Shown here: piece by piece, positions 48,732-60,104 of the stretch
Layout of the letters: each line of letters opens with the position of its first letter
How positions within the stretch are numbered: position 1 is the first letter of the stretch
Source of the DNA: an uncultured Saprospiraceae bacterium
Lineage (GTDB): Bacteria; Bacteroidota; Bacteroidia; Chitinophagales; Saprospiraceae
Length of the DNA stretch: 64,000 bases
Assembly (NCBI GenBank): GCA_937929835.1
Contig: CALFUU010000035.1
Coordinates: 10,940-74,939, forward strand
Direction of reading: 5' to 3'
The notes under the pieces: model-generated
What the model was told of the DNA's origin: nothing
What the model saw: only the letters and a program-made list of their open reading frames with translations
The model's database searches: none
Program-made: the position numbers and the translations under genes

Positions 48732-49730
48732 TTACTCTTCGTCCAACTTATACTTAGAGAGGTCCATCCCAAAGGTTAGTCCTTTGTTCTGTAATAACTC
48801 CTCTATCTCCACCAATGATTTCTTACCGAAGTTTCTGAACTTCAATAACTCATTAGTATCGTACTTGACCATCTCACCTAGAGAGTTGATCTTTGCTGCT
48901 TTCAGGCAGTTGTATGCTCTTACTGAAAGATCTAAATCCTCAAGAGGAGTCTTCAGTAACTTACGCATATGTAGAATGTGCTCATCTACGATATCATCTT
49001 CTCTGCTCTTTTCTGTTTCGAACGTAATGTTCTCATCAGTGACGAGCATCAGATGTTGTATTAATATCCTAGAGGCTTCCTTTATAGCGTCTTCAGGATG
49101 GATCGTACCATCTGTTTTGATATCTATATTGAGTTTCTCGTAATCTGTTCTTTGGCCTACCCTTGTGTTTTCAATCTTGTAAGCCACGTTTTTGATAGGT
49201 GTATAGATTGCATCTACTGGAATGACTCCAATCGGTGCATCTTTAGGAAGAGTTTCTCCCGCAGAAACATAACCTCTTCCTTTTGTCACTGTTAACTCTA
49301 TTTCAAGGTTAACTGATTTTTCCATTTTACATACAACCAACTCAGGGTTCATAACCTTGAATACATTTGTATGTGCTTCTATGTCAGCAGCAGTCAGTTT
49401 GTCCTTGCCACTAATTGTAAGATAGATCTTCTCGCTTTCAGAATCAGGAGCATCGCCTTCCGGCTTTAACCTAACTTGCTTAAGGTTGAGAATGATATCT
49501 ACAACGTCTTCGTATACACCTTTGATAGACGAAAACTCATGATCAACACCTGCAATTCTGATCGCAGAGATAGCGTAACCTTCTAGTGAAGAAAGTAAAA
49601 CTCTTCTTAATGAGTTTCCAATTGTTTGTCCAAATCCAGGCTCTAAAGGCTTAAATTCAAAAGAGCCATCAAAGTCATCCGCCTTGGTGAGAAGAATTTT
49701 ATTAGGTCTTTGAAAGTTTAAGATACTCAT
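48732..49730 (-). CDS. rpoA: RNA polymerase alpha subunit
   Basis: PLEPGFG.T.GN.LRRVLLSS, LSVRAYNCLK, NFGKKS. Confidence 0.98.
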   Translation of the reverse strand: MSILNFQRPNKILLTKADDFDGSFEFKPLEPGFGQTIGNSLRRVLLSSLEGYAISAIRIAGVDHEFSSIKGVYEDVVDIILNLKQVRLKPEGDAPDSESEKIYLTISGKDKLTAADIEAHTNVFKVMNPELVVCKMEKSVNLEIELTVTKGRGYVSAGETLPKDAPIGVIPVDAIYTPIKNVAYKIENTRVGQRTDYEKLNIDIKTDGTIHPEDAIKEASRILIQHLMLVTDENITFETEKSREDDIVDEHILHMRKLLKTPLEDLDLSVRAYNCLKAAKINSLGEMVKYDTNELLKFRNFGKKSLVEIEELLQNKGLTFGMDLSKYKLDEE

Positions 49731-49789
49731 ATGTTGTGGTTGCGATAATTGATTAAAGGAAAGAGAAATAGGCGTAAGTAATCTACCTA

Positions 49790-50404
49790 TTACTTAGAGT
49801 ACAATTCTACAATCAACTGTTCGTTAATGTTTTCTGGAATACTCTCTCTATTAGGGTATTCTAAAAATGTACCTTCCATTCTTTCTGGGTTCCACTCCAT
49901 CCAAGAAGCTTTTCTTGCTGTTGCAGAAGCAGATCCGACCGCATTCTGGACGATTTCAAGATTTCTTGATTTATTTCTTATCGAAATGACGTCACCTGGC
50001 TTGATATGACAAGATGGAACATTTGTCAATATGCCGTTGACTAGCACGTGCTTGTGAGAAACCAATTGTCTCGCTGCCCTTCTTGTTGGAGCCAAGCCTA
50101 ATCTATAAACAGAGTTATCTAATCTAGCCTCTAGATACTGCAAAAGAATCTCACCTGTTACACCAGACTTTCTAGCGGCTTTCTCGAACAAGTTTCTAAA
50201 CTGTCTTTCTAGCACACCGTAAGTGTACTTTGCCTTTTGCTTTTCTAATAGTTGAACAGCATAGTCAGACTTTTGCTTTCTTCTTCTACCACCGCCATGT
50301 TGGCCTGGTGGATACTTTCTCCTTTCAAATGCTTTGTCAGGACCGTAGATGGCCTCTCCAAATTTTCTTGCAATCTTAGTAGTTGGTCCAGTATATCTAG
50401 CCAT
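49790..50404 (-). CDS. rpsD: 30S ribosomal protein S4
   Basis: [28 protein letters not shown]. Confidence 0.98.
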   Translation of the reverse strand: MARYTGPTTKIARKFGEAIYGPDKAFERRKYPPGQHGGGRRRKQKSDYAVQLLEKQKAKYTYGVLERQFRNLFEKAARKSGVTGEILLQYLEARLDNSVYRLGLAPTRRAARQLVSHKHVLVNGILTNVPSCHIKPGDVISIRNKSRNLEIVQNAVGSASATARKASWMEWNPERMEGTFLEYPNRESIPENINEQLIVELYSK

Positions 50405-50440
50405 TAATCTTCTCTTTAAGTGCTTGGGTTATTAGATTTA

Positions 50441-50827
50441 TTAGACTCTTCTTCTCTTAGGCGGTCTACAGCCATTGTGAGGAATAGGCGTGACGTCTTT
50501 GATTCTTGTGACTTTGATGCCTATCTCATCGATAGCTCTAATCGCAGCCTCTCTTCCAGAACCAGGACCCTTTACATAAACCTCTGCATATCTCATACCT
50601 GCATCATAAGCGGTCTGAGCTGCATCCTTTGCTGCTATCTGCGCTGCGAAAGGCGTATTTTTCTTAGATCCTCTAAATCCAGCCTTACCAGCTGAAGCCC
50701 AAGAGATTACCTGACCTTGCTTGTTGGTAAGAGATATGATGATATTGTTGAAACTAGCTTTGATATAAGCTAGACCTTCCGGCTCAACGTTTACTTTTCT
50801 TTTCTTTGCTTTTTTAGCCTTTGCCAT
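50441..50827 (-). CDS. rpsK: 30S ribosomal protein S11
   Basis: [26 protein letters not shown]. Confidence 0.98.
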   Translation of the reverse strand: MAKAKKAKKRKVNVEPEGLAYIKASFNNIIISLTNKQGQVISWASAGKAGFRGSKKNTPFAAQIAAKDAAQTAYDAGMRYAEVYVKGPGSGREAAIRAIDEIGIKVTRIKDVTPIPHNGCRPPKRRRV

Positions 50828-50839
50828 AGTCTAACCTAT

Positions 50840-51217
50840 TTATTTAGTTGCTTTCTTTTTGTTGGCAACTGTTTTCTTCTTTCCTTTTCTAGTTCTAGCG
50901 TTTGTCTGAGTTCGCTGCCCTCTTACAGGTAGGCCTCTTCTGTGTCTCAACCCTCTGTAACAAGCGATGTCCATCAATCTCTTGATGTTCGTCTGTACTT
51001 CAGATCTCAACTCACCTTCTACTAATATTTCATCCTGGATATGCTTAGATATCTGCTTGATGTTTTCATCAGTCCAGTCATTGACCTTCGTGTTATAATC
51101 TACACCAACTGTATCTAATATCTTCTTAGCACGTGTGTTGCCTACTCCATATATATATGTGAGACTGATACATCCACGCTTATTTTTCGGCAAATCTACG
51201 CCTGCAATCCTAGCCAT
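50840..51217 (-). CDS. rpsM: 30S ribosomal protein S13
   Basis: [25 protein letters not shown]. Confidence 0.98.
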   Translation of the reverse strand: MARIAGVDLPKNKRGCISLTYIYGVGNTRAKKILDTVGVDYNTKVNDWTDENIKQISKHIQDEILVEGELRSEVQTNIKRLMDIACYRGLRHRRGLPVRGQRTQTNARTRKGKKKTVANKKKATK

Positions 51218-51220
51218 ATC

Positions 51221-51337
51221 TTATCCTTGTCTTTGTTTGAACTTAGGGTTCTTCTTATTAATGATGTAGAGCTTCCCCTTTCTTCTAACGATCTTGCAAT
51301 CAGCAGATCTCTTCTTTATGGATGCTTTTACTTTCAT
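51221..51337 (-). CDS. rpmJ: 50S ribosomal protein L36, zinc-independent type (missing from ORF track)
   Basis: [38 protein letters not shown] read from the sequence. Confidence 0.96.
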   Translation of the reverse strand: MKVKASIKKRSADCKIVRRKGKLYIINKKNPKFKQRQG

Positions 51338-51339
51338 AG

Positions 51340-51558
51340 TTATTTATATCTATAGGTTATTCTTCCCCTTGTGAGATCATAAGGAGACATCTCAACGGCA
51401 ACTTTATCACCAGGTAAGATTCGAATATAATGCATCCTCATCTTACCAGATATGGTAGCGACGATAAGGTGATCATTCTCGAGTTTTACTCTAAACATTG
51501 CATTGGATAAAGCCTCTTCTATGACTCCATCTTGAGCAATTAGGTTCTTTTTTGCCAT
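51340..51558 (-). CDS. infA: translation initiation factor IF-1
   Basis: L.NAMFRV.LEN, SGKMR..YIRIL.GD.V.VE.SPYDL. Confidence 0.98.
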   Translation of the reverse strand: MAKKNLIAQDGVIEEALSNAMFRVKLENDHLIVATISGKMRMHYIRILPGDKVAVEMSPYDLTRGRITYRYK

Positions 51559-51582
51559 TTTAAATTTTCGGAGTGCAAATAT

Positions 51583-52389
51583 CTATTTTTCTAGCGAAAT
51601 ATTCCTGATTTCAGGATTATTTTTTATAACCTCAGTTATCAAGTTATGATCTGACAATATATCAGGTCCTTCCTTGGTCACTGCTATTGTATGTTCGTAA
51701 TGCGCAGACGGCATTTTATCTTTAGTGATAATAGTCCAGCCATCATCTGACTGCTTCACGCCTTTGACTCCGAGATTGATCATCGGCTCTATAGCTATAA
51801 CCAACCCCTCTCTCAACTTGGGCCCACGCCCTCTTTTTCCAAAGTTAGGGACCTCTGGTGCTTCGTGTAAGTTCTCTCCTATCCCATGACCTACCAACTC
51901 CCTTACCACGCTATAATTTCGGTCTTCGTTATACTTCTGAATAGCATAACTAATATCTCCGATTCTTTTCCCTATTTCAGCTTGCGCTATGCCCTCATAT
52001 AATGATTCCTGCGTCGTGACCAGCAACTCCATCGTCTTATCAGAAACACCACCCATAGCGAACGTAAAAGCACTATCACCATAAAAGCCATTCATAAAAG
52101 AACCACAATCTATACTTAGGATATCTTCCTCTTGAAACTCTAAGTCCTTTGGAATACCGTGGACAACACCTTCGTTTGGCGAGATACATAAAGTACCTGG
52201 AAACCCCCTATAGCCCTTAAATCCAGGCTTGGCGTTATGATCCAAAATAAACTCCTCAGCAGCTTTATCTATTTGCTTGCCCGTTACACCAGGCTTAAGA
52301 ATAGATGCTACATGCGCTAAGGTTTTAGAGACGAGTAGGCAGCTCTGCCTTATGTGCTCAATATCTTCAGGAGTTTTGTAAACGATCAT
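51583..52389 (-). CDS. map: methionine aminopeptidase type I
   Basis: VVHGIP, D.G..GDSA, GHGIG..HE.P, IEPM, SAHYEHT. Confidence 0.97.
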   Translation of the reverse strand: MIVYKTPEDIEHIRQSCLLVSKTLAHVASILKPGVTGKQIDKAAEEFILDHNAKPGFKGYRGFPGTLCISPNEGVVHGIPKDLEFQEEDILSIDCGSFMNGFYGDSAFTFAMGGVSDKTMELLVTTQESLYEGIAQAEIGKRIGDISYAIQKYNEDRNYSVVRELVGHGIGENLHEAPEVPNFGKRGRGPKLREGLVIAIEPMINLGVKGVKQSDDGWTIITKDKMPSAHYEHTIAVTKEGPDILSDHNLITEVIKNNPEIRNISLEK

Positions 52390-53750
52390 TACATACCTGC
52401 TCCTATGGCCTGCATACCGCTTCTACCCTTGATTCTACCAGACTTAACGAGACCATCGTACTTTCTCATTAATAAGTAACTTTCTATTTGTTGTAGTGTA
52501 TCCAATACAACGGCTACAAGGATAAGAAGAGATGTTCCACCAAAAAATAATGCAAAAGCATCATTAACACCAAATGCAGCGATAATTGCTGGAAGTATGG
52601 AAATCAAACCAAGGAAAATAGAACCAGGTAAAGTCACTCGCGTTGTCAGACTATCTATGTAGTCCTGCGTGTTTTTACCAGGCTTGATTCCTGGAATGAA
52701 AGCATTTTGTCTTTTCAAGTATTCCGCATATTGCTGCGGATTAACAAGTAGCGCAGTATACACATAAGTAAATATGACTACAAGCAAGAAGAATATAACG
52801 TTGTAAGGAATAGACTTCCAATCACTCAAACTCAAAAGGAAATCTCCCGGTGTTCCGCCCCTACTCACCCACTGAGCGATAGTAACTGGCAAGAACATTA
52901 TAGCTTGAGCAAATATGATTGGCATAACTCCTGATGCATTGACTTTTAATGGAATAAAATCCCTAGCACCAGCTTGTGGTAAATTGGATTCCGTACGACC
53001 AACCATTCGCTTTGCAAATTGAATAGGTATACGTCTCACACCTTGTACAATCAATACAGTTGCTAGTACAACAAAGAATAATACAGCAAACTCGAGTATC
53101 AATAAGAACCCTCCACTACCATTGAACTGAGAAATAACTTCAGTGGCAAATGATCTTGGTAAGGTGGCAATGATACCTATCGTAATTAGTAATGATACTC
53201 CATTACCGATTCCTCTATCTGTAATCTTTTCTCCCAACCACATAGCGAATATAGTACCTGCGGATAAGATGACGATGTTACTGAACCAAAAGACAGTCGG
53301 ACTTAAAGACTCGTGCACTGCACCTGGAGTTGAGCTTAGGTAGGTCAAATATCCACCACCTTGTACAAGTGTAATGAATACAGTTAATATCCTTGTTATC
53401 TGTGTAATTTTCTTTCTTCCTGACTCACCTTCTTTTTGTTGGAGCTTCTGGAAGTATGGTACTGCAAAGCCCAGTAACTGGACGATGATAGATGCCGTTA
53501 TATAAGGCATTATACCTAGTGCAAAGATTGCTGCTTGATTGAAGGCCCCACCCGTAAAGGTGTTAATTAGACCGAGCAAAGAATTATCTTGATTACTAAG
53601 CGAAGACTGCAGGGCTTCTGAGTTAACACCTGGCAATACTATGAAAGAACCTATTCTGTAAACTGCTAAAAGAGCTAACGTAAAGAGGATTCTTTGCTTT
53701 AGCTCTTTTATTTTCCAGATGTTCTGAAGAGTCTCAATAAACTTATTCAT
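52389..53750 (-). CDS. secY: preprotein translocase SecY
   Basis: FALGIMPYITASI, GIGNG.SL, GVMPIIFA, IPGIKPG, GGTSLLI. Confidence 0.98.
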   Translation of the reverse strand: MNKFIETLQNIWKIKELKQRILFTLALLAVYRIGSFIVLPGVNSEALQSSLSNQDNSLLGLINTFTGGAFNQAAIFALGIMPYITASIIVQLLGFAVPYFQKLQQKEGESGRKKITQITRILTVFITLVQGGGYLTYLSSTPGAVHESLSPTVFWFSNIVILSAGTIFAMWLGEKITDRGIGNGVSLLITIGIIATLPRSFATEVISQFNGSGGFLLILEFAVLFFVVLATVLIVQGVRRIPIQFAKRMVGRTESNLPQAGARDFIPLKVNASGVMPIIFAQAIMFLPVTIAQWVSRGGTPGDFLLSLSDWKSIPYNVIFFLLVVIFTYVYTALLVNPQQYAEYLKRQNAFIPGIKPGKNTQDYIDSLTTRVTLPGSIFLGLISILPAIIAAFGVNDAFALFFGGTSLLILVAVVLDTLQQIESYLLMRKYDGLVKSGRIKGRSGMQAIGAGM

Positions 53751-53759
53751 TATCCGATT

Positions 53760-54206
53760 TTAAAGTAGAGTAACTGAACCGCCTTTTGCTTCTATAGCTG
53801 CTTTGGCTTTTTCAGAGATAGCGTGAACTTTGACATTAACAGTAGAGGTTAATTCACCGTTAGCCAATACTTTGATTTTTTCACCTTTCTTGATGATTCT
53901 CTTTTCATAAAGAGCTTCTACAGAAACATCAGCAAGACCATACTTGTCTTTTATTTCTTGAAGTCTTGCAAGATTAAGAGCGGTGTAGTTGACCCTATTG
54001 GGGTTTTTGAAACCTCTTTTAGGCAATCTCATCTGCAACGGCATCTGACCACCCTCAAAGGCTCTCTTACTACTCCATCCAGATCTAGACTTGGCACCTT
54101 TGTGACCTCTCGTAGAGGTACCACCGTGACCAGAACCCTGACCTCTTGCTATTCTTTTCTTTCGCTTTACAGAACCTTTAGCAGGTTTTAAATTATGCAG
54201 TTCCAT
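53760..54206 (-). CDS. rplO: 50S ribosomal protein L15
   Basis: RG.GSG.G.T..RGHKG, FEGGQMPL. Confidence 0.97.
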   Translation of the reverse strand: MELHNLKPAKGSVKRKKRIARGQGSGHGGTSTRGHKGAKSRSGWSSKRAFEGGQMPLQMRLPKRGFKNPNRVNYTALNLARLQEIKDKYGLADVSVEALYEKRIIKKGEKIKVLANGELTSTVNVKVHAISEKAKAAIEAKGGSVTLL

Positions 54207-54234
54207 TATATGGTATTTCTATCTTCTATTTAAA

Positions 54235-54414
54235 TTAAGCCTCTTCCACTTGGAGGAGATGCTTTACCTTATTAACCATCCCCATAATCTGAGGAGTGGC
54301 TTCTTTTTCTACAGTTTGATTCATCTTTCTCAAACCTAGAGCCTTCATAGTTTCTTTCTGTCTCTTAGGACGATCTATGATACTCTTTACTTGTGTTAAT
54401 CTAATCTTGCCCAT
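54235..54414 (-). CDS. rpmD: 50S ribosomal protein L30
   Basis: KS.I..ALGLRK..GM..KV.HL; start taken at ATG 54414. Confidence 0.95.
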   Translation of the reverse strand: MGKIRLTQVKSIIDRPKRQKETMKALGLRKMNQTVEKEATPQIMGMVNKVKHLLQVEEA

Positions 54415-54418
54415 AGTC

Positions 54419-54958
54419 TTATCCTTCAAATAGTTTTTCTAAAGTAATACCACGTGCTTTCGCTATGTCGTGAGGACTTCTCAATTTCTTGAGAGCATCA
54501 ATAGTTGCTTTCACAACATTGTGTGGATTTGATGAGCCCTGAGACTTTGCCAATACATTTTGTACACCAGCACTTTCTAATACAGCTCTCATTGCTCCTC
54601 CTGCAATAACCCCTGTACCATCTGCGGCAGGCTTTATGAGTACTTTTCCAGCACCATACTTACCCTTTTGCTCGTGGGGGATCGTTCCTTTTATGATAGG
54701 CACTTGGACAAGATTCTTACGTGCATCATCTACTGCCTTAGCAATACACTCTTGTACGTCTCTTGCTTTACCAAGACCATAACCAACTTTTCCCTTAGCG
54801 TCCCCAAGAACAACCAGTGCTGAAAAACTGAACGTACGTCCACCCTTCGTTACTTTTGCTACTCTATTGAGACTTACTAATTTGTCTTTTAAGTCAGAAG
54901 TATCAGCAGCTTTTTCCTTGCCTCTTCCACCTCTGTTGTTGCTATTTCTTTGAGCCAT
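54419..54958 (-). CDS. rpsE: 30S ribosomal protein S5
   Basis: [21 protein letters not shown]. Confidence 0.97.
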   Translation of the reverse strand: MAQRNSNNRGGRGKEKAADTSDLKDKLVSLNRVAKVTKGGRTFSFSALVVLGDAKGKVGYGLGKARDVQECIAKAVDDARKNLVQVPIIKGTIPHEQKGKYGAGKVLIKPAADGTGVIAGGAMRAVLESAGVQNVLAKSQGSSNPHNVVKATIDALKKLRSPHDIAKARGITLEKLFEG

Positions 54959-54975
54959 AATTCTTGCTTATCGGA

Positions 54976-55311
54976 TTAAAATGAAAGACCTCCTTCTCTA
55001 GCACCTTCCGCTAGGGCCTTCACTCGTCCGTGATATAAATTACCGCCTCTATCAAAGACGACCTTATCTATGTTCTTTCCTTTTGCCTTTTCAGCGATCA
55101 ATTGACCTACTTTCTTAGCACCGTCAGCACCTATGCCTCCCGCTACTTTAGAATTAGCATCAGCCAAGGTTACTCGGTTTACATCATCAATCAATTGACA
55201 ATAGATGTACTTGTTAGATCTGAAGACTGAAAGTCTTGGAATATCAGCAGTTCCAGAAATCTTCTTTCTGGTTCTCATTCTGATTTTAGTCTTGTTAGTT
55301 AGTTTACGCAT
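54976..55311 (-). CDS. rplR: 50S ribosomal protein L18
   Basis: [20 protein letters not shown]. Confidence 0.97.
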   Translation of the reverse strand: MRKLTNKTKIRMRTRKKISGTADIPRLSVFRSNKYIYCQLIDDVNRVTLADANSKVAGGIGADGAKKVGQLIAEKAKGKNIDKVVFDRGGNLYHGRVKALAEGAREGGLSF

Positions 55312-55323
55312 AACTATTTATGA

Positions 55324-55878
55324 TTAAGCTCCAGCTGTCTTACCAGCTTTTCTTCTAATTTCTTCTCCTTTAAATCTGACACCTTTACCCTTGTAAGGCT
55401 CTATTTTTCTAAAGGCTCTAATTTTTGCTGCAATCTGTCCGATCAATTGGTTATCATGACTAGTCAAGATGATTGTCGGAGGTGCCCCCTTTTCCATCTT
55501 AGCTTCTACTTTAACCTCATCAGGCACTGCAAAAAATATCGGGTGAGAATAACCTAGAGTCAACTCTAACAGGTTACCTGTATTTGAAACTCTGTAACCT
55601 ACACCTACTAACTCAAGAGTTTTAGTCCATCCTTCCGATACACCAAGAACCATATTATTAATCAATGATCTATTAAGACCATGGACTGATTTGTGTCGCT
55701 TCTGCTCTGTAGGTCTACTGATGTTCAATACACCATCCTCGATCCCTAAAGTAAGGTCGTGATCACACTGTTGTTTTAATTCACCCTTTGGACCTTTTAC
55801 AGTCACTAGATTACCCTTAGAGATGTCAATTGTGACGCCTTTTGGTATTGTAATCGGTGCTTTTCCTATTCTAGACAT
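55324..55878 (-). CDS. rplF: 50S ribosomal protein L6
   Basis: MSRIGK, VKGPKGEL, EPYKGKG. Confidence 0.97.
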   Translation of the reverse strand: MSRIGKAPITIPKGVTIDISKGNLVTVKGPKGELKQQCDHDLTLGIEDGVLNISRPTEQKRHKSVHGLNRSLINNMVLGVSEGWTKTLELVGVGYRVSNTGNLLELTLGYSHPIFFAVPDEVKVEAKMEKGAPPTIILTSHDNQLIGQIAAKIRAFRKIEPYKGKGVRFKGEEIRRKAGKTAGA

Positions 55879-55887
55879 CTTTATTGA

Positions 55888-56289
55888 TTAGTATACGTAA
55901 CAAATAAGTTCTCCACCCACGTGCTCTTTCTTCGCTTGCTTGTCCGTCATCACACCTTTGGACGTGGAAATAATATTAATGCCAAGACCGTTGATAGCTC
56001 TAGGTATCTCACCTGCTTTTGAGTATCGTCTTAGACCTGGGGTACTTAGTCTCCCTAACTTCTGTATAATAGGTAGCTTAGTCTTACTATCGTACTTCAA
56101 GGCAATCTTGATTATACCTTGCTTGCCTTCATCTTCGGCAAACTTATACTTAAGGATGAAGCCTTGATCGTAGAGTATTTCTGTAATACTCTTCTTCATT
56201 TTAGACATTGGAATCTCTACAATCCTGTGTCTAGCTTGCTGAGCATTTCTAATCCTAGTTAGGTAATCCGCTATTGAATCTGTAACCAT
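55888..56289 (-). CDS. rpsH: 30S ribosomal protein S8
   Basis: D.IAD.LTRIRNA, PGLR.Y, STSKG. Confidence 0.97.
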   Translation of the reverse strand: MVTDSIADYLTRIRNAQQARHRIVEIPMSKMKKSITEILYDQGFILKYKFAEDEGKQGIIKIALKYDSKTKLPIIQKLGRLSTPGLRRYSKAGEIPRAINGLGINIISTSKGVMTDKQAKKEHVGGELICYVY

Positions 56290-56316
56290 TGTATTTCTTG
56301 TTTTATAGTATTGGGT

Positions 56317-56586
56317 CTACCAACTCGATTTAGTTAATCCAGGAATCTTACCTTCTAGGGCCATCTTTCTGAATGTCACTCTATTGATTCCAAATTTTCT
56401 CATATAACCCTTAGGTCTTCCAGTCAACTTACATCTATTGTGTAATCTGATTTTACAAGAATTCTTAGGCAGTTTATCCAACGCATCCCAATCTCCAGCT
56501 TCCTTCAGTGCCTTACGCTTTGCAGCATATTTCTCGACAAGCTTTCTACGCTTCTCTTCTCTTGCTATGATTGCTTTTCTAGCCAT
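56317..56586 (-). CDS. rpsN: 30S ribosomal protein S14 (89-aa form)
   Basis: NRC.LTGRP, G.IPG..KSSW. Confidence 0.97.
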   Translation of the reverse strand: MARKAIIAREEKRRKLVEKYAAKRKALKEAGDWDALDKLPKNSCKIRLHNRCKLTGRPKGYMRKFGINRVTFRKMALEGKIPGLTKSSW

Positions 56587-56594
56587 AGTCCTTA

Positions 56595-57152
56595 TTAATT
56601 TCTTTGGTTCTTAAACGGCATACCAAGAAGCTTAAGAAGCTCTAGTGCCTCTGCATCCGTGTTTGCTGTTGTAACAAAATTGATGTCCATACCTGTTATC
56701 TTAGGTATAGAATCGATGTTGATCTCAGGAAAGATGATTTGTTCCTTTATGCCTAAAGAGTAGTTACCTCTACCATCAAAACTCTTATCACTTATACCTC
56801 TAAAGTCTCTTACCCTTGGTAACGCTACAGAAATCAATCTATCTAAGAAATCCCACATCTTCTCTTTACGCAAAGTCACCTTCGCACCGATAGGCATGCC
56901 TTCTCTTAACTTAAAGTTCGATACAGACTTCGATGCTATAGTTGCTACCGCTTTCTGTCCAGCTATGATAGTCATTTCTTTCAATGCATTCTCAACCAAC
57001 TTCTTATCCTGAGTGGCTAGACCTACACCTTGATTGATTGCAATCTTAGTGAGCTTAGGCACCTGCATCGAAGACTTATAGTTAAATGTCTCTATGAGTT
57101 TAGGGACAACTTCGTCCTTGTATTTGGTATTTAATCTTGGTATGTAACTCAT
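56595..57152 (-). CDS. rplE: 50S ribosomal protein L5
   Basis: [29 protein letters not shown]. Confidence 0.97.
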   Translation of the reverse strand: MSYIPRLNTKYKDEVVPKLIETFNYKSSMQVPKLTKIAINQGVGLATQDKKLVENALKEMTIIAGQKAVATIASKSVSNFKLREGMPIGAKVTLRKEKMWDFLDRLISVALPRVRDFRGISDKSFDGRGNYSLGIKEQIIFPEINIDSIPKITGMDINFVTTANTDAEALELLKLLGMPFKNQRN

Positions 57153-57490
57153 TACCTGATAATTTCTCCTGATTTCTTAGAATATCTAACCAATTTATCT
57201 CCGTCCAACTTTCGACCTACTCTCGTCCCTTTGCCTGTTTTAGGATCTACAAGTTGAAGATTTGATAAATGAATCGGTTGCTCTACTTCATTAATACCAC
57301 CTGGCTCATCTGCAGTTGGTTTAGTATGTTTCTTAGCGACATTGACACCTTCTACGATGGCTCTGTACTTGCTAGGAATTACTTTTTGCACTTCTCCTGT
57401 AGCACCCTTATTGGCACCAGAAATTACAATTACTGTATCACCCTTCTTGATGTGCAGCTTAGCTGTTTTGTGCGATGTAATACTTTTCAT
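57152..57490 (-). CDS. rplX: 50S ribosomal protein L24
   Basis: IKKGD.V.VISG..KG, VEGVN, PIHLSN. Confidence 0.96.
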   Translation of the reverse strand: MKSITSHKTAKLHIKKGDTVIVISGANKGATGEVQKVIPSKYRAIVEGVNVAKKHTKPTADEPGGINEVEQPIHLSNLQLVDPKTGKGTRVGRKLDGDKLVRYSKKSGEIIR

Positions 57491-57500
57491 CTTTATATTT

Positions 57501-57866
57501 CTAAAGCACTTCTGGTGCTAGTGAAACAATCTTCATATACTCAGCATCTCTCAACTCCCTTGCTACAGGCCCGAATATACGCGTACCTCTAGGCTCATCG
57601 TTTGGCGTCAAAAGAACAACAGCATTATCATCAAATCTGATGTAAGACCCGTCCTTTCTCCTTATCTCCTTTCTGGTTCTTACTATAACTGCTGGAGACA
57701 CAAGGCCTTTCTTAACCCCACCTGGTGAAGCATCTTTAACTGTGACGATGATTTTATCACCGACAGAAGCATACCTTCTCTTAGATCCACCTAGTACTCT
57801 GATACAAAGTACTTCTTTGGCTCCTGAGTTATCTGCTACATTCAGTCGACTCTCTTGCTGTATCAT
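57501..57866 (-). CDS. rplN: 50S ribosomal protein L14
   Basis: [22 protein letters not shown]. Confidence 0.98.
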   Translation of the reverse strand: MIQQESRLNVADNSGAKEVLCIRVLGGSKRRYASVGDKIIVTVKDASPGGVKKGLVSPAVIVRTRKEIRRKDGSYIRFDDNAVVLLTPNDEPRGTRIFGPVARELRDAEYMKIVSLAPEVL

Positions 57867-57875
57867 TGTTTAATA

Positions 57876-58142
57876 TTATTTAGCCTTTTCAATTACTTCA
57901 GTCAGTCTCCATCTCTTTCTTTTACTGAGAGGACGAGACTCTGTGATCTTTACTAGATCTCCTTCATCACATTGGTTCTTATCATCGTGTGCTAAGAACT
58001 TCTTAGATTTCTTTACAAATTTTCCGTAGATCGGGTGACGTAATTTCCTTTCAACGGAAACTGTTATCGTCTTGTCCATCTTAGTACTGGTAACTATACC
58101 AATCCTAGTCTTCTTATTTTTTTGTATTGTTTCAGTGGACAT
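57876..58142 (-). CDS. rpsQ: 30S ribosomal protein S17
   Basis: KMDKTI.V, HP.YGK, RPLSK.KRW. Confidence 0.97.
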   Translation of the reverse strand: MSTETIQKNKKTRIGIVTSTKMDKTITVSVERKLRHPIYGKFVKKSKKFLAHDDKNQCDEGDLVKITESRPLSKRKRWRLTEVIEKAK

Positions 58143-58143
58143 A

Positions 58144-58401
58144 CTATCGTTTTCTTCTTGCGATTTTTTTAGATCTTCCTGACAATTGCTCAGGATTAAG
58201 TTCTGCGATCTCTCTTCTTCTCAGCTCAGTCTTCATTCGCGCTACATCTCTCCTTACTTCCTTGAGAGCAAGTGGATTCTCTAATCCTTTGAGTGTATGA
58301 TCAAACTCTAGTTTCTGATACTGTTTCTGAGTTTCTGCCAACTCATTTTTTAGTTCATCTAGAGCGAACTCTTGTAATTCTATATATTTCTTACTTGGCA
58401 T
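58144..58401 (-). CDS. rpmC: 50S ribosomal protein L29
   Basis: position; LENP..VRRD.AR..T. Confidence 0.92.
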   Translation of the reverse strand: MPSKKYIELQEFALDELKNELAETQKQYQKLEFDHTLKGLENPLALKEVRRDVARMKTELRRREIAELNPEQLSGRSKKIARRKR

Positions 58402-58416
58402 ATCTTAGATACTTTC

Positions 58417-58836
58417 TTATTCTGTATAATCAGGTCTTGTTATCGTTCTAGTCGGGACCGGAAGCTTCTGAGCTGCAAGACGTAGCGCTTCATAGGCTAG
58501 ATCTCTTGGTACTCCATCTAATTCGAACATAATTCTTCCTGCTCTTATCCTAGCAACATAGTGGTCGAGGTTACCCTTACCCTTACCCATCCTTACCTCT
58601 GCAGGCTTTGATGTGATAGGCTTGTCTGGGAATATTCTGATCCACACCTTACCTTGTCTCTGCATATGCCTCGTCATTGCAATCCTCGCTGCTTCTATCT
58701 GTCTATTGGTGATGAAAGCATTTTCCATCGTCTTAAGAGCAAAAGAACCAAATGCAATCGTACTTCCTCGGTGGGCCATCCCTTTGTTCTTGCCCTTGTG
58801 AGTCTTTCTGTATTTTGTACGTTTCGGCTGTAACAT
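58417..58836 (-). CDS. rplP: 50S ribosomal protein L16
   Basis: [24 protein letters not shown]. Confidence 0.98.
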   Translation of the reverse strand: MLQPKRTKYRKTHKGKNKGMAHRGSTIAFGSFALKTMENAFITNRQIEAARIAMTRHMQRQGKVWIRIFPDKPITSKPAEVRMGKGKGNLDHYVARIRAGRIMFELDGVPRDLAYEALRLAAQKLPVPTRTITRPDYTE

Positions 58837-58868
58837 CTTTTATTTTTTTCCCTTTTTGAAAAGTTTCG

Positions 58869-58876
58869 CAAAGGTA
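58869..58876 (-). promoter_or_regulatory. internal -7 promoter box between rpsC and rplP
   Basis: TACCTTTG(C) in a 69-nt intergenic gap. Confidence 0.55.
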
Positions 58877-58905
58877 TTACTAATTGCTAATTTATAAACT
58901 GTGGA

Positions 58906-59694
58906 TTAGTTTCGGTTTCTACCGCCGCCGCCGCCTCTGTTGCCGCCGCCGCCTCTGTTACCACCTCTATTATTACCACCACGGCCTCCGCCTCTATTGC
59001 CGCCTCTTCCACCAGCACCTCTTCCGCCTTTAGACTTTCCGTCTCCAACGTTAGGCGATAGATCTCTCTTTCCTAATACCTCTCCTCTACATATCCAACA
59101 CTTGACACCTATCTTTCCATAAACTGTTAAGGCTTCATATAAAGCGTAGTCAATATCGGCTCTGAAAGTGTGCAAAGGCGTTCTTCCGTCTTTGAACTCT
59201 TCGCTTCTTGCCATCTCCGCTCCATTCAATCTTCCACTTACTCTTATCTTGATCCCTTCAGCACCTGCTCTCATTGATGACTGGATAGCCATTTTGATAG
59301 CTCTTCTAAAGTTGACTCTTCCTTCCAGTTGCTTCCCTACTGATTCTGCTACGATAGCTGCATCCAGTTCAGGCTTTCTGATTTCTAGAATGTTAATCTG
59401 TACGTCTTGACCAGTTAACTTTTTCAGCTCTTCACGTATTCTATCTACCTCAGATCCACCTTTTCCGATGATAATACCAGGTCTAGATGTATGAATAGTA
59501 ACGGTTACTCTTTTAAGCGTTCTCTCGATGATAATTCTTGCAATACCACCCTTATTAACTCTGGCAAGAAGGTATCTTCTGATTTTCTCGTCTTCGACAA
59601 CATTCTTAGCGAAATTCTTTCCACCATACCAGTTGGATTCCCATCCTCTGATGATACCTAAACGATTACCTATTGGATTAGTCTTTTGACCCAT
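58906..59694 (-). CDS. rpsC: 30S ribosomal protein S3 with RGG-rich tail
   Basis: MGQK.NP.G.RLGI, RPG..IG, GRL.GAE.AR.E, PLHT.RADIDY. Confidence 0.98.
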   Translation of the reverse strand: MGQKTNPIGNRLGIIRGWESNWYGGKNFAKNVVEDEKIRRYLLARVNKGGIARIIIERTLKRVTVTIHTSRPGIIIGKGGSEVDRIREELKKLTGQDVQINILEIRKPELDAAIVAESVGKQLEGRVNFRRAIKMAIQSSMRAGAEGIKIRVSGRLNGAEMARSEEFKDGRTPLHTFRADIDYALYEALTVYGKIGVKCWICRGEVLGKRDLSPNVGDGKSKGGRGAGGRGGNRGGGRGGNNRGGNRGGGGNRGGGGGRNRN

Positions 59695-59700
59695 TGCTTT

Positions 59701-60087
59701 TTATTCTTCTGTGGTTTCTTGAGAATTATCTTCTTCTATCACCGTTCTGTTGGCTACAACCATCGTCAGGTGATTAGATCTTTTTCTGATTCTGTGTGCT
59801 CTACCGTGTGGAGCTGGTCTGAATCTCTTCAGCATACCTGCCTCATCTACGTGAACACTCTTTATGAAAAGATCATACTCGTCAGCGCTGTATGCCATAT
59901 CCAGCTTGTTCTCCCAGTTGGAGATAGCTGAAAGCAAAGCCTTCTCAGCAAACTCAGAGGCTTCTCTCTTAGAGAATCTCAATATGTTCAATGCCTGGTC
60001 AACAGATTTTCCTCTGATGCTATCCACAACAAAGCGCATCTTTCTTGCTGACAGAGACACATTTTTCAATTTTGATACTGCTTCCAT
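59701..60087 (-). CDS. rplV: 50S ribosomal protein L22
   Basis: S.RK.R.V.D.IRG, KRFRP..GRA..IRKR. Confidence 0.97.
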   Translation of the reverse strand: MEAVSKLKNVSLSARKMRFVVDSIRGKSVDQALNILRFSKREASEFAEKALLSAISNWENKLDMAYSADEYDLFIKSVHVDEAGMLKRFRPAPHGRAHRIRKRSNHLTMVVANRTVIEEDNSQETTEE

Positions 60088-60104
60088 AATTAAATGCTCA
60101 GTTA

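Noticed and set aside
48574..49143. 189-aa plus-strand ORF and similar short antisense ORFs throughout the track
   Set aside because: They lie opposite well-conserved genes (rpoA, lon, sucD, eno and others) and show no motifs.
51221..56586. Zinc-free L36 and S14 as zinc-starvation paralogues
   Set aside because: They occupy the normal operon positions and this form is ordinary in Bacteroidota.
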